Assembly (NCBI GenBank): GCA_965644295.1
Contig: CBFFRP010000451.1
Span: 54,937 to 118,936 of the forward strand
DNA length: 64,000 bases
From: Paraphysomonas bandaiensis
Taxonomy: Eukaryota; Protista; Chrysophyceae
Direction: 5' to 3'
Within the stretch, counting starts at the first letter, position 1, and every line of letters begins with the position of its first letter. Made by a program: the position numbers and the translations under genes. Positions 63,272 through 64,000 of the stretch are shown here, one piece after another. The notes under the pieces were generated by a model. It had not been told where the DNA came from. It saw nothing but the letters and a program-made list of their open reading frames with translations, and ran no database searches.

Positions 63272-64000
63272 ATGAATTTATTCCCCAGAAATAAATCTTT
63301 TATCTATAATTTTACATCTATGAATTCTGACACAGTCGGCGATACACCTGAAGATTGTACAATTATATTACCACCATTACCATATTACCAGGAATGTGAT
63401 TACTATGAAGTTGAATGCATCGGTTTTTATATAAACTATGAAAGCTTAGATATATCAGCAATTCCTTTCAATGGTTGTAATAATTTAAATTTCATTGCGG
63501 AAAACTTCGCGTCAGAACGCAATTGTATTGATATTTGCGAAAATCAATTTCTTGTTTGTGGCACGCATTGTGATAGAAACAGATCATATTCAATATGTGA
63601 TAATAATAAATGTAAAGTAAAAAATACTAAAAAACCAACTACATACAGCTTTAGAACTGACACAGGCATAGTAAGAGATAAACCCTTTTGTGTATATGGT
63701 GACAAAGAGCCAAAAAAGATACGATTTCGTTTATATGATGAAAATTTAGAACCCTTGTAAAAAGAAGTTGTAAATTATAATGGTAAAACACATTGGACAG
63801 TGTCTTTTTATTTTATACCAATGTACGAAAGTAATTTTAATGAGCACAAGTGTAAGTTTTCGTTGTCATGTGAAGGAGAAGACGAGGAAAGTGAAGACGA
63901 AGAAAGTGAAGACGAAGAAAGCGAAGACGAAGAAAGTGAAGAAAAATGTGAAGACAAACGTGAGGAAATGAAGAAGATATTTAAACGTGTCGTATTTGAA
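63272..64000 (+). pseudogene. Minor capsid (penton)-like ORF interrupted by one in-frame TAA at 63758-63760
   Basis: The N-terminus FIYNFTSMNSD...CTIILP and the C-terminal IRFRLYDENLEPL*KEVVNYNGKTHWTVSFYF resemble the PLV minor-capsid pattern IxIxLxDxxGxx(I/L)D(F/L)NGxxW(S/T)xxL. The frame stays open for 80 codons after the stop. Confidence 0.55.

Larger units (their letters stand above)
62554..64000 (+). mobile_element. Left end of a putative endogenous Polinton-like virus / Polinton (continues beyond window)
   Basis: There is an abrupt shift to very AT-rich, intronless, closely packed ORFs. It begins AGAGAGAGGAGAGGGGG, carries GGACA iterons, and contains a penton-like ORF. Confidence 0.6.

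Noticed and set aside
63758-63760. TAA reassigned to a sense codon (alternative genetic code)
   Set aside because: TAA ends host genes at conserved C-termini (682, 16506, 61927) and ends the neighbouring basic ORF at 63234. One instance does not support recoding.
1-64000. tRNA, rRNA or other structured RNA genes
   Set aside because: None were recognised by eye. A tRNAscan-SE/Infernal run would be needed to exclude small RNAs.

Overview
This is eukaryotic nuclear DNA, gene-dense with many ~45-60 bp GT-AG introns. It most plausibly comes from a flagellated stramenopile protist such as a chrysophyte; this is inferred from protein content and intron style and is not proven. The ordinary genes are the 3' part of a G-protein alpha gene, a fibrinogen-like surface protein, two head-to-head anoctamin paralogs, a bromodomain+ET protein, a SPIRAL1/Jupiter-like repeat protein, Sds22, Cdh1/FZR1, a PRMT9-like gene, GCP3, a possible glomulin/ALF4-like gene, an ABCA transporter, amidophosphoribosyltransferase, a DHHC palmitoyltransferase, an RNase III+dsRBD protein and the dynein intermediate chain DNAI1. 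Most are arranged as divergent pairs whose 5' ends are wrapped in ApT-rich (TATG/CATA) sequence. Three accessory regions stand out. (1) At 1-4.2 kb there is a Gypsy integrase relic with an LTR foldback and nested MITE-like repeats. (2) At 20.3-25.0 kb there is a candidate TIR-bounded 4.75-kb cargo element. It carries a frameshifted GH18 chitinase fragment that the ORF track misses, and an intronless ORF combining a methyltransferase-like fold with four near-identical 94-aa repeats. (3) From ~62.55 kb the window enters the apparent left end of an endogenous Polinton-like virus, whose penton-like ORF reads through a single in-frame TAA. All assignments were made by eye from motifs, and exon boundaries were traced manually. 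No database searches were run.
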